Source: the human T2T-CHM13v2.0 reference genome, Homo sapiens. Taken from it: a stretch of DNA of 64,000 nucleotides. Position numbers and translations under genes: made by a program. This document shows positions 13,331-25,831 of the stretch, in pieces. The notes beneath the pieces were generated by a model. It had not been told where the DNA came from and made no database searches. It was given only the letters and a program-made list of their open reading frames with translations. Where the stretch lies: the NCBI RefSeq assembly GCF_009914755.1, contig NC_060933.1. One strand, 5' to 3'. The stretch's first letter is position 1. Each line of letters begins with the position of its first letter.

Positions 13331-16300
13331 GCATAATGTGAATATGGTACCTGAATTATTGTCCTATCCTTGATTTCTGTAGCAAAATCAAACAGGAATT
13401 ACTATGGTTCATGAATAAACTGTCCTTCTCAATGGTTCCAGATGGTTATATTGTTATCAACAGCAAAAAAACGGAAAAGTGACAAGATAAAAGTGTGAGC
13501 CAGACTTCCCTAGAAATCTGATGACCACCTAACCCCAAGGTGAAAGATTTATCTTTCATCCTGATAACCATTTGGGTGAAGAATAAGAAATGAAATAATT
13601 CTGTCTCTAGCGTGAGATTAATGAGTCACTCCTTCTACCATTCTCTAGCCCCTCCATCCTTTTCCACTGAGTAGAATTTCTAACTTTGATTATAAAGATT
13701 TGAGGCCAATTATTGGGAAAAAATCCCAAGGATGCTAGCTTATGTGAGTATTTTTCCTAAATTCTAAATACAGGTTTTTTGTAAGTGGCCTACACTGGTT
13801 CCACTTTAGAAACAGGAAACACTCCATTACTTCTTCTTTATTTTCTTTTTTTTTTTTTCTGTTTCTGTGCTCTAAATTAACCTTTCCTGGAACTTGAGAT
13901 AAAATATGAGGTTTGGGTTATTTTCTATGTGGTATAAAGAAGCTATATCTAGGCCTTTATCTTAACTGAGCAAGGACTATTTAACCAGACAAGGGAATGG
14001 AAGTATTCCTATGATACGTATGTCATGTTACATGTGGGTAGTAGTAAAAAATGCATGTGAACACAATGCTTGCCTGGCTTTGTTCTCTGTTCGTGTAGCT
14101 GCTGAAGGAGTCCCCTTTTTAACACAAACTACATTTGAGAACTATAACTTTGGACAGTTTGTAAAATCTATAATTCACAGAAGTTCTAATATGATGAATG
14201 CATTGAGACTTCTGTAGCTGATTACGTAAATATTTGCAAACTTAAAAATGAATTATTTCAAAAGTTCATGAATTCTGTATTTAATCATAATACTTTAATT
14301 GTTCCCTTACAGAGTAAATCAGATAGCATTATATATGCAATGATTCATACAAGGCATCCCAGTAGAAAAGACACACATTTAATTTAAGCTATCTCTGATC
14401 TCATGTGAAATGTATATAATCGAATATGAAATTATTCTCTTCCTTTTTAGCATCTAATGTAAGTAAATGTATTTGAGAATATAGAGGTAAAATATTTTTG
14501 CTTCATGGTTATTTCAAATTTAAAATATTTACTTATTATAATATAGTATTTAGAAAATACATGGACTCATTATTAAAGGCAACGCTTTGGTAATATGGTG
14601 TATTGTTGAACTTTGATTTAAGAACTAATTAGAGAGCAATTTGTTATGTTACATACTAGTCTAAGTCATTTCTTTTTGACTGTTTGATTATTATACATAC
14701 ACTTTTAAACTTTTGAGTACACCATTTTCACTAAGTCCTATTTTGAAGAGAACAGATGTTTTTAAACACACACAGATACATAAATGCTCACATGCAAACA
14801 CAAAATAAAATGCAATTGAAGTCTCTACAATTAATCAGCTATATTGGCTATATTTTACAATTTAAAAAAATAAGTATAGCATGATCTCCCAGACTTCAGT
14901 GATTTAAAATGTACATTTCATAGAGATACATATCTACTTGCTGCAACTCAAATATTCCTATCACATATAGAAAACAATTGGTCATATTGATTTTCCTAGA
15001 AGAAAAAAAAAGTTTCCAATTTCATCAGTTATATCACATGAATTATAATGAAAAATAAATTATTGGTTTTCTTTAAGAAAAGCAAGCATTTAAAATTAAC
15101 ATTGCATATATTCCTTCTTTGTATTCATTTTCCATGATTGGAAGTTTTGTTATTACATTTTTTTAAAGTTAATGTATTGTATCCTACAAGATCAATGAAA
15201 CTATTTTATTGATAATGTAGTTAGAGGTGTAAAAATTATTGTCTGTGTATTTACTTGGCAATATAGCATGTTAGATGGTACTGAACAAGGATGGAAAACC
15301 TCTCTGTGAAACTGGGATATTCAACCAACTTTGATATCTTTTATTTTTGAAGTTCTCAATTTCCTCTTTAAAATGCAAGGGTTCAAATAATTTTTTCTAT
15401 GGTTCTTTCTAGCTCTTACAGTCTACATGTATGTAAGGAATAATATATATTTATTTAAATTGTGCATATTTATCCAAATGTGATGCTGCAAAATAGCATA
15501 CATAGAGATTTCAGAGTGGGAAAAAGGAAGACCAAAGACACTAAGCATCCCCTTTTACTTATTTTCTTCTCATATCCTTCTGATATTGGGTACAGTAATA
15601 AAATCCAAAAATAATTATACATGTAATATGCTCTCAGTGGCAGCAGCATAGGGTCATTTAGAGAAACTTGAGTCCACCTCTTCCCTTCCATAATCTCCAT
15701 CCTGCTCCTTCAAAAACACTCCAAATAAACATTCAATCTCAATCTACGTAACAAGAGTGTCCAGGCACTGCTGACCTGACTTCAGGACAATTTCCTTAGC
15801 CCTCTTTCAAACAAGATGGCTGCCCCTAACTCCTACAGGATTCTCAAACTGCCACAGTATAATCTGAGAATTTGCAAAATGCAACTTCAGTTATATTCAG
15901 TATATTAGTCACATAGCTTGAAAGACTTTCAAATTGCTAAGCCAATTTATTTACCTGACAGAGGTACAGAGAGTCCAGATTACCTCCTTAGGGTCACACT
16001 TCCAATTGTAGTGATGAAAGATAAACTCAAAACCTTTGTTACTACAATCACATCAGTGTTCTCCTAACGGGTAATGTTCATTTTTTGATTCTTCATTAAT
16101 TCTTCTTCATTCAGTGAATTTTAAGAGTTTTGAAAAGCTTGTTACAAGTACAGTTAATGTCTACATTGTTTGACTGTATCAGGAGACATTTATTTATTCT
16201 TTACGGATGCCAAATGCTTTTGACAATCCTAAAAAAATAAAACAGTGAACCGACAGTAGTGGTAAAGAAATTGCACTTTAATACATAAGAAGATAAGTTC

Positions 16301-19300
16301 AAATGGCATTGAACTGGGTACAAAATTCTACTTATTTAATTTTCATTATAACTTTTAAATTAGCATTCTTGAATATTTGTCATATCATTTGCATTGTTAA
16401 AGTTTATTAAATTCAGGATAGGTGTAAGCCCAAAAATATGTAACTGAAATTAAAGTGTTTCCTCCAAACAACAGAGAGAACTTGAAATAATGTTATTTGC
16501 TGCATTAAATGTGAGACATACATAGATAGTAGCTAGATCAATAGAGACACATGGATAGATATATTTAATTCTGTAATTTTGAAAATCACATTTTTTTCAG
16601 AATTTTCTAAAAAGACATTAAGTAGGTAAGTTTCAAACATGTAACATGCATTTCAGGTCACCTATTATCAAATTATTATATAAATTCTGTTCACTCACCA
16701 CCCTCTACCATAATCCAGTTTTAGAATTGTAAAGTTACATTAATCATACTTCTCTAACTGCAGAACAGTTTACACCAGTGGTAACCACAATAATTGTCAT
16801 GTGCACTATTAGTCATTCCTAAAATTTTAACATAATATTCTGCTAATTCTTGGATATAACTAGCAATATTTTAGCTTTTCACTTACTCTCCAGCATTATT
16901 AAAGAAAAATGTGCATTTGCAGAACTCTGCACCTGCATACATTTGGATTCCTGCATCCTACTAGTAATACACAGGAAAGATATCATGGCATTCCATAAAG
17001 AATAAAGCAAAAAAAGTTATGAATAGCTCAACCTTCCAATATCACATCTAATTAGCATTGTTTTCTTTCTAAATTAAGTGTATTTAGTAAATAGTAATCA
17101 TGCCTTGAGTTCCATAAAATATAAGACCATGTGGTCAACAAAATCATCTTTATGTTGCTATAGTTACAAGAGTAGGCTTGTAAATTTTATGTTAATATTA
17201 AAAGAAAAGAAAAACATGTTTGCCTTCACCAACAGCAACTGTAAGCAAATGCAGGTATACAGCACTTTATTAGAAAGAACCCCTTTAGTAAGCACATGTA
17301 AGAGGAATTAATCATTCATTCCCTGCAGACTGCTTATGTATTTCATCGGGCCATTATCTGATCTGAATAACAAGAACAATTGCATAATAAAACACATTAC
17401 TGCTGACACTAGCAACTTTCTTCTCAACTTTAAAGTTGCAACTACCTCTGTACAGGACAGAGAGCTGGTGGCCAAAAAGGTGACAATTTAATCACCCATC
17501 CTGCTTTGCCATTTTTATCTGTTATTATATAGAGACAGGGATCAAATGCATGTGCAAGCTTTACTAGAAACAGCTTTCATTCAGGCTATTTTCCTTAGCA
17601 CTATGACATAATTACAACAGAGGCAGAATGTATGTCAGGTTAGTTTTAATGTTACTTACAAATATTTGCTTTCAGAAATTCAAAAAGAATGCACAAATCT
17701 GTCATGTCTTCTCTACTGTGTAAAATATGTCCTATACTAATATATGTAATAACATGTTTGAACCACTGTTAAATTTGCCCTACTTAGGTACAATCTTCCC
17801 CTTTATTTTTCAATAATTAAGTTTTTTTTTTTCCAAATATCAGATAGCCTCTCGGACATGTGAGGTCAGAAATGAGTAGAGGTTATGTGCTATAATCCAA
17901 ATCTGATCAGCCAAGGGCTTCATTTTAAATCACTTAAATTCATTTTTAAACCAATAATAGAAATGTTAGCTAAGAGCAGTAATATGTCTAAGAAAACTCA
18001 TTTGGATAAGAAATTAAATAATAATCAAGAAACAATGACACATCTTTCTCAAATGATTCCATATATGATAACTTCATGTCAACCAATTCATTAACTGTTC
18101 TATTGTCCTGTCTCATTACCCTAAAAACTTATGGCCCAAGATATTTAGAGCTTTCAACACTGAGTAATCAAAACAACTCTAAAAGATCTCTACTTTTTTG
18201 TAATAATTGTAACTTAGCTTACTCTTATAATTTCTAAAACCAATCCCCCATGAATACAGATGCTTTTATATACTCACTTAAGTAAATAAGGAGGTAAAAA
18301 TATACTCATTCTACCATTATCAACAATTAAATACAAGGAAGCCCTTAGGTATAATTAATAATAAGCTGCTTTATTGAAAGAAATTCTCTGAGATAAGTAC
18401 TTTTACTTTTCAATCTGGTTTTTAACTTATAAGGGGTTTTTATTAAAAAGTATGTATTATACTGAGAAAGAAATTAACAGTTAAAGATAAAAGGGATAAA
18501 CTTTTTCTAATCACTATTAGACTCTAGTCAGTATAAGTACTACCATGTCAAAAAACTTAGGATTTGTTAAAAATCAGGTCTGTTTTGTCTAAGTTGCAAC
18601 TCCTACTGTATCTACTGTATATGTAACAATGCAAGAAGAATTAGATTCAGAATCCATTTGGCAGTGATAAAGAAAAAAATGCTGAAATGTTATTGATTCT
18701 CTCCCTCTTGTGCAAAACAAACTGAGTCAACTATATTTTTCCTGACATAACACAAAGGTTTTATTTAGATATTACAAAATATTGGCAAATGTTAGACTAT
18801 ATGTTTTTTATATATATGTATAATGAACTTATTAACCCTTTTGTAGAAAGAAGAGTGTCCTACTTCTGTAAAAAGAAATGCTACAGCTACTGACATGGTG
18901 ATGTTAGCCCCAAGAGGAATACTGCCTGCAAAAGTTTTTGATGCAGAGATATTCAGCCTTAGGAGACACCTTAAACCTGTCACTGGCTGCTGAGCCCTGT
19001 CAGAGTTTATAACCCGCTGTGTCAAAGTCACAGTCTCAGCCCTGCCCTCTCCAAAGTATTTTTCACATTCTCTCTCCAAATTAAGTTCATTCAAATTCTC
19101 CAACTATTCTAGTTCCAGGATTTTCCTCCAATTATTATCTCCTTACAGGCATGAAGAAATCGCAACAGAATTTTCATCTGGTCTTTCAAACCATCCTTAT
19201 TAACTTTCCCTTTTCCGCCCCCCCCCCTTTTTTTTTCTAGAGCTTTTCAGAACTAAAGATAAAACAACCAACCAACTGAAGTCAGAGTAGGGTGGGAGTT

Positions 19301-20001
19301 AGCATGGATTAGGGCTGAGGTTGAAGGTGGCAGGAGAAGTGAGCCAGTAGGGTTAGATTTTTCAAGCTTTTTCTAGATAACCACCCTTAAATCTTAGAAC
19401 CAACCAATGTTTAACAAAGCAGGCTTCCAATAGCCCTTGAACAATAAACGTTTAAAAATCAGTTTTCCAGTAAGGCTGCCCATACTGAACCCATATCGAA
19501 GTCTTCTAAGGGCTCTTCCAAAAAAAAAAAAAAAAAAAGAAAAAAATGCTTAGCGAACCACTTCTCAAATAGGAGCTACTGAAGTTATATAAGTCAAGTT
19601 ATTCCCAGGTAAAATGAATAAACTGTCCACAGCATTGGACATTGGGCATTGAAAAGCATCAGCATATGCTTCACTTTAGAGAAAAGAAAGACAGAAGCAC
19701 AGTTTACTTACTAAAGCAGCCGCTCCAGTCCTCCTTGGAAACCCTGAGGAGTCTTCTCTTTTCTTTCCTACCAGTCAAATAAAGAATTGTCTTTCTATTC
19801 CACACAGGCCCAGAATAAACTGCAAAAAGGGATGGCACATGCACAGCAGCCCGTCAGGGTTTGGCTTTGGTGGGGTGCTTCGATTTCTGATTGTTTCAAA
19901 AGTGGGATCTTCTTTTCCGGAGGGAGGGGGCAAAGGAAGAAAAAGAAAGCGCGCTCGGAAAGCCGGCTTGGGTCCTGCTAATTATTCTGAAGGCAAAGTA
20001 C

Positions 20002-20328
20002 CTGCACTCTCCCCGCCGAGGCTGGCTGGCGGCGCCGCGCCGGAGGGGAGGAGGCTCGGGAGGAGGAGGAGAAAGAGCAGCGGGAGGACTCGGGCTGGGA
20101 GGGGAGCGCAGGGTTGGGGAGGCCGATGAGCGGCTCCCGGCTCCTCGGAGAAGCAGCCGAGACGGCAAGGAGGAGGCGAGGCTCTGTCGGGGCGAGGCGC
20201 TGCCCCCACGCGCTCCGGCCGCCGGCTGCGGGCGCGGCTGGGCGGGGAGCCGAGGCGGCCGCTCCCGCACTCGCTCGCTCGCTCGCTGGCGCTCCCTCCT
20301 CGTCTCGCTCGCACTCACAGGCACACAC
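20002..20328 (-). other. Non-coding first exon (5'UTR exon A) of a minus-strand gene; 5' boundary (TSS) approximate
   Basis: Minus-strand donor GTGCAG|GTACTT at the island edge. There is no minus-strand ATG in the interval (no 'cat' on +). It resembles INPP4B exon 1 from memory only; unverified, so no symbol is given. Confidence 0.65.
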
Positions 20329-20369
20329 CCCACGTCTCCAGCAGCTGCCGCTCGGCCTCACGCACTCAC

Positions 20370-20460
20370 CTGCATTTCCTTAACGAGCCACTTGATGGCT
20401 GCCAGCGGCGTGGGCCCCGCTCCGGCGGGCGGGGGCCGGGGCGGGGAGAACGCGGCGCGG
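20370..20460 (-). other. Alternative first exon B; upstream boundary unknown
   Basis: Perfect consensus donor ATGCAG|GTGAGT on the minus strand (+ strand 'actcacctgcat'), inside the CpG island. Confidence 0.6.
20427..20446 (+). promoter_or_regulatory. G-quadruplex-forming motif overlapping GC boxes
   Basis: GGG c GGGGG cc GGGG c GGGG: four G-runs with 1-2 nt loops. Confidence 0.7.
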
Positions 20461-20489
20461 GATGCTCCGAGCGCCCGCTGGGGAGAGAA

Positions 20490-20507
20490 GCGGCGGCGGC
20501 GGCGGCG
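20490..20507. repeat. (GCG)n trinucleotide tract, about 6 units
   Basis: gcggcggcggcggcggcg seen directly. Confidence 0.9.
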
Positions 20508-21121
20508 CTGCGGGCGCGCCAGATGGGGCGGGAGGAGGGGAGACCCGGCACCCACCGGCCCAGAGCTGCCCGACGCGGCCTGGGCGGACCCCGCCGCCCG
20601 GGTGCCTAGGCACGATTCCAGGGATCCAGGGTAAAGCGGTTCGCGCGGGAACAGGAGGATATGTCAGGCACAGGCTATTCCCCATCACTATAGCCACAGA
20701 GGACTGGTCCAGATGCGGATCCCGATCTGTGCTTCTTCAGGTGTTCGCGTGCTTTCGGTTATTATTATTATTATTATTTTCCGAGGGAGGCTGTCGGTAA
20801 CACCTAAGGGGTAGTGGGTGTTAATAGCTGGGGGACGTACATTTGATTTGCAATGGAATCGATGCTTATGAAGAGCAGACTTAGGGAGGTGAAGGGCAGG
20901 GGCACAGGGGTTGCTTGGCGGAGGGGGTGTACTTCGGCTGAGCTGGATGGAGTTTTCAGTCGGGGCGCTTGGCAGTCTGGCTGGGCTTGAGGGAGGGATA
21001 GAGCTCTGCCAAGGTGGTAGCTGAGAAGGGAAAACCTGTACAAGAGTTGCTGAGAATATGCCTCGCTGCAGAGGAGAGGACATGGATGCAGGGAGCGGAT
21101 TCTTCCCCACCTCCTCCTTAC

Positions 21122-21240
21122 CCCAAGGTAGAGTGGGGTATCGGAGTGCATCAGATGTGGTGTACCACAGACTCGGGAGACAGGGGAGGAGGAACTTAGA
21201 CCCCCAGCGAAACTAGAAATAAGGTTTGGAGCTGGGGGGA
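21122..21240 (-). other. Possible third, upstream first exon C
   Basis: Minus-strand donor TTGGG|GTAAGG (+ 'ccttaccccaa') at the island's upstream shore. Motif evidence only. Confidence 0.3.
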
Positions 21241-23419
21241 GAAGAAGGGGCAGGATGAGAGAAAAACAGCAGGAAGCTTTTTGTCATTTTACTATCTTTC
21301 ATGTCTCATCAGAGCATACAGCTATAGGCAACAAATGCTCTGTCTCTTGATAAACAGAGAGCAATGTCACCATGTCGGTGCGTTTTCTAAAAAGCCAAAA
21401 TAATTATCCTGTTTGTAATATGCAACACAGAGCATTCCAGGTACCATCTGGTCAAAGGTTCTGTAAGCACTGTAGAAGAAAACAAATAAAAAAAGAACAA
21501 CGAAAAACCAGTTATCCATCTACTTTCCTTATATGTCAATGATCTAATCGCAGAAATGTCACTTTCTCCCGAAGAGAAATAAAGCTTAGTCACTATAGGT
21601 GGAATTTTCCCCAGGGTCCCTTCACCTTTTTCTTTTCATACCTTCTCCACTGCTTGCTGTGTCCCTTTGCTCTTTAAAAGGGACCCTTCTCCTGAACCCA
21701 CGCGCTGCCGGGTTCCCTGCTCAGCCTCCCTAAAGCCACGGAGCCTACCCATCCAAGAAGGTTCCCATGCACAAACAGTCATCATCACTTAAAAAGGTTC
21801 TTGGAAATGACAAGATATGAACGAAAAAAAATTACACCATATGTGCAAGTGTGTGTGCATGTGTACATCTTTTTGTAATTATACAAAGCACTTGCCCCTC
21901 TTACGGTGCTGTCTGCCCAAGATGATGATGACTGACTCATATTCTCTCTCTCTCCCTCCCTCCTTCTCCCTTTCTGCACAAATACACACCACTCACTCCT
22001 GTCTCAGTTCCTTCCTGTCAGTGTTCAATAATGGTTTTACATGAACTTTCTGTTAGGCAGCCTCTGACTACCAAGGGCGAGTTGGAGTGGATTGGTAGGA
22101 GGGAGGCTGGTCTCAATGATGCCGCTCTGTTTCCTGCCATCCCTCAGTCATTACATACACTACTGTACTTAATGCGAAGTAGCAGCAGAAATGATTTCCT
22201 CTCTTGCTAGTCACAATAATATATTTGTCCTCCCTCAGAAACACATGTAATTAATAATAAAAGAAATAATGCATCTTGAAACCATGGGAAGAGCAGATGG
22301 AGGCTGATGTGGTTGTGTTAGTCACCTTTTCTGTTGTTGTTGTTGCAAAGACAACGTGACCACCTCTCCCTTTCTACTGCTTCTGGTGGGTTAAGCAAAG
22401 CATTTGGCCCTTTTACTGTATTCTCTTTTCCATCTTTCCCTTGACAATAGTTTGTGTGTTTTAAGTAAAGATTTCATTCTGCCAACCCGCAGGAAGCTTT
22501 TAACAAGATGCAGCTGAGCGTGTCGATATCTTATATCTTTTTACTGCTGCATGGGGGTGTTCAGCAACTTGAAACTCTTCTCTACTTCAGCTCAAGGCTG
22601 GCATCTCACAGAGACAGTGCTCCCTGGGGCTGATTTACTCTTGCTCCTGTACAACTATCCTTTGGTGTCCTCTGGAAAACAAAGAATATTTTAAACAATG
22701 GAAGAATCAGTGTTATACTCAATCCCCTTCCTCCTACCTCCTCCCCACATAATAATATCACAAATGTTCAATGGATTAGCTTATTGTAGAGATTTTATTA
22801 TTAATTACATCTGAGAATTGGATTGAGATATCTTACTTGAAGGTGATTGCACCAAGCTTAAGGAGTTAAGAAAATTTTATTATCTAACTACCTAGCTACA
22901 CTTCCTGTAACATTATAATTTATTTCTCCTTCTTCAATAAAAAGGCAGATGCAAATGTCCGCTTTAAGTTATTGCCATATATTTACTCTTAAAAATCAGT
23001 AACCTATCTGAATTGGTTGTTGTCAGTGGACCACGTGTTTAAAACAACCATAACAAATGTAAGATAAAAATAACCAAAAAGGGACAGTGAAATTGGGCCA
23101 ACAAAGCATGGTCCTGAATATCAGTTGCTTTGAGGTTCCCTTTATTTTAACACATTTCTTTATTTATCAAATCTACATTTAGCTTTGTTATATATAGGCT
23201 TATAATTAATTTTAACAGCCTGCTGTAAGGAGAAGAAATCTCAAAATTTACATTTGTATTTTGGATTTTTGAGGGAAATAAGTAATTTCCTTCCTGACTC
23301 AGTTTTTAAATTAGAATTTGCAATACATAAATAGCAACTACACAGCAATAATTTCCTGTTCTAGTATGTTATTTAAATGTTTTGAGAGCATCATGAGGAA
23401 ATTTCCTAATTATACAGCA

Positions 23420-23512
23420 CTCCATATTGTGGAATTGAATAAAGAGATAATTCCATATTGTGGAATTGAATAAAGAGATAACTCCATAGTGTGGAATGGA
23501 ATAAAGAGATAA
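23420..23512. repeat. Minisatellite, 3 x 31 bp
   Basis: Unit (c/t)tccatattgtggaattgaataaagagataa, head to tail with no spacers. Confidence 0.95.
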
Positions 23513-23991
23513 AAGGGTAATAAGGAAGCCAGGGAGAGCAAGTAACCTGTTGGAAAGGAGACAAGGATCTAGGAGGTGTTCGAAGCCCAATCTGTAGGTA
23601 GGTTGGATTTGTCAGCAGTAGACTCTCACACTTTGACTATTGTTTGTTTGTTTGCTTTGCCTCAGTCTGCAGTAATGGTGTTCACTTAATTTATTCTCCC
23701 TTTTCTCCACTTTCCACTTTTCGTTCTAAAGTTATGCCACTTGGCAGAAACTACAAGTAGAAACAATTTTATATTGATAACATAAAATCATGCAGAAAAC
23801 CATGTACTTAATGAATCAAACTGCTCATACTTATTTCATGTGGGAAAAGATAATCTCCTGCTCTTTAACTTTTATTTAGTCAATGGAAGTACAATTTCAA
23901 TTGACTAAATGGGTATAATTTACCCAATTTCTTATAGATGGTTGGATACCAAGAAAGCTGCTCAGGAAACCTTACAACACAATGGAAAAAG

Positions 23992-24039
23992 TGAGTTGAC
24001 TATATAATTATTCAATGAGTTGTCTATATAATTATCCAA
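23992..24039. repeat. Tandem duplication, 2 x 24 bp
   Basis: tgagttgactatataattattcaa / tgagttgtctatataattatccaa. Confidence 0.9.
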
Positions 24040-24193
24040 TTTAAGGAGTCTTAATGAAGTCATATTTGAGATGGTTGTAGGTACAAGGTATAGATGTCAT
24101 TCCACTGAAATCATGATGTAGCTAATGCTAAATTACACACAATCTAAAGGCTTCAGGTTTTGACATAATGTACACATTTATTTTCTCACTTAT

Positions 24194-24675
24194 TGTGCTG
24201 GTAGCTTTCTATCCCTGCCCCTCTATTTAATCCCAACCTCAGACCCCTCATGTGCTCTTTTCTGTGCTCTATGGATTAATCTTTAGGTATTGTACTAACC
24301 TGGTTTCCCTTGTCCCCTGGTTTCTGTTTGGGTTTTGTCAATGAGAGGCACCAGAAAGGGGCAGGAGGAGAGAAAAAGCAGGGCCATGTTTCCCCCATTT
24401 GCAGCATAACTTGGCACTGTGGTTCTTTCTGGCAGTGGCTACACAGTCTTTTCTTGTCACCACCTTTCCATAGCTCTACCTCATATTTTCCCCCAATATC
24501 CCCATTGTATCTGTTGCTCCTTCAGCTTTCCACTATGGCTAGCAATTAAAATAGCCAGTATCCCTCATGGGATCCCATAACACAGCTACCCTTCTAGAAA
24601 GTATCCCTTATCGAAATTCTCTTTAAAATGATTCCTGATTGTGCCTTCCATTTCCTCCTGATACTCTGAATCATC
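24194..24675 (+). mobile_element. Ancient ERVL LTR (LTR33/LTR16-like)
   Basis: Contains 'ctggtttctgtttgggttttgtcaatgagaggcaccag' and the 3' end 'tgtgccttccatttcctcctgatactctga'. Confidence 0.6.
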
Positions 24676-24840
24676 CATTTCTGTTTTTTAAATTCATAGT
24701 ATTCAAAGATATAATTTTTATTCAGTTGTCCTAGGTTTAACAAATATATTGTCTAATGTGTAGAGAAGTGCCAAAACATTATTATTACTCAAAATGAAAA
24801 TAACTGTAACATACCACAAGAAAATGTTTGATGGTACAGC

Positions 24841-25428
24841 TGTGATGGTAAAGTTCATGTGTCAACTTCAGTGGACTAAGAGATGCCCAGATAAATAGAG
24901 AAGCATTATTTCTGGGTAAGTCTGCAAAGGTATATTTGGAAGACAGTAGTATTTGAATCAGTAGACTGAGTTAAGAAGATCATACTCACCAGTGTGGACA
25001 GGAATCATCTAATCCAGTGGGGGCCAGAATAGAACAAAAAGGCAGAGGAAAGGTGAATTCTGTCTTGCTCTCTCTATCTCACTCTATTTCTGTCTTTCTC
25101 TCTCCCTCCCTCTGTTACTCTCTACCTCTCCCCATCTTTCCTTGATCTGGGAAGCTGACACCCATTTTCTTTTGTGCTCAGACATTGGAGCTCCTGGTTA
25201 AGCCTTCAGACTCCAGGAGGCACACCATTGGGCTCCTCAAGTTCTCACCCCTTTGGTCTCAGACTGAATTATACCACCAACTTCCCTGGTTCTCCACCTT
25301 GCAGATGGCAGATTGTGGAACTTCTTGGCCTCCATAGTTGCATGAAGCAATTCTCATATTAATTCGCCACTTACATATCTATACATATTCTCTTGGGTCT
25401 GTTTCTCTGGAGAACCCTGACTTATACA
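24841..25428 (+). mobile_element. MLT2 (ERVL) solo LTR
   Basis: Starts 'tgtgatggt...tgtgtcaactt', has 'aatagaacaaaaaggcagaggaa', and ends 'ctgtttctctggagaaccctgacttataca'. Confidence 0.9.
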
Positions 25429-25508
25429 TGACCTACATATATAGCTAAATAACAATGTATTAATATTTTCCACAGAGGTGTCATGTCTCTGTATATTAAA
25501 TGATCCAA

Positions 25509-25831
<323 letters not shown>

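Larger units (their letters stand above)
19890..20760. promoter_or_regulatory. CpG island promoter with GC boxes
   Basis: Abrupt switch from AT-rich to very GC- and CpG-rich sequence, several GGGCGG (Sp/KLF) boxes, a (GCG)n tract and first-exon-like splice donors. Confidence 0.95.

Noticed and set aside
19519-19546. Poly(A) tract as a processed pseudogene tail
   Set aside because: No recognisable upstream mRNA or retroelement body, and no target-site duplication.
20002-20328. Assigning the gene symbol INPP4B
   Set aside because: Based only on recollection of a non-coding exon, with no coding sequence in the window to confirm it. A BLAT search is needed.
19891-20634. 247-aa + strand ORF and the other overlapping ORFs in the CpG island
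   Set aside because: It starts at TTG, is low-complexity R/G/A/P-rich, and long ORFs occur in several frames on both strands. This is expected from stop-codon scarcity in GC-rich DNA.
23420-23512. CRISPR-like 31-bp partially palindromic repeats
   Set aside because: The units are directly adjacent with no unique spacers, there are no cas genes, and the context is eukaryotic. It is a minisatellite.
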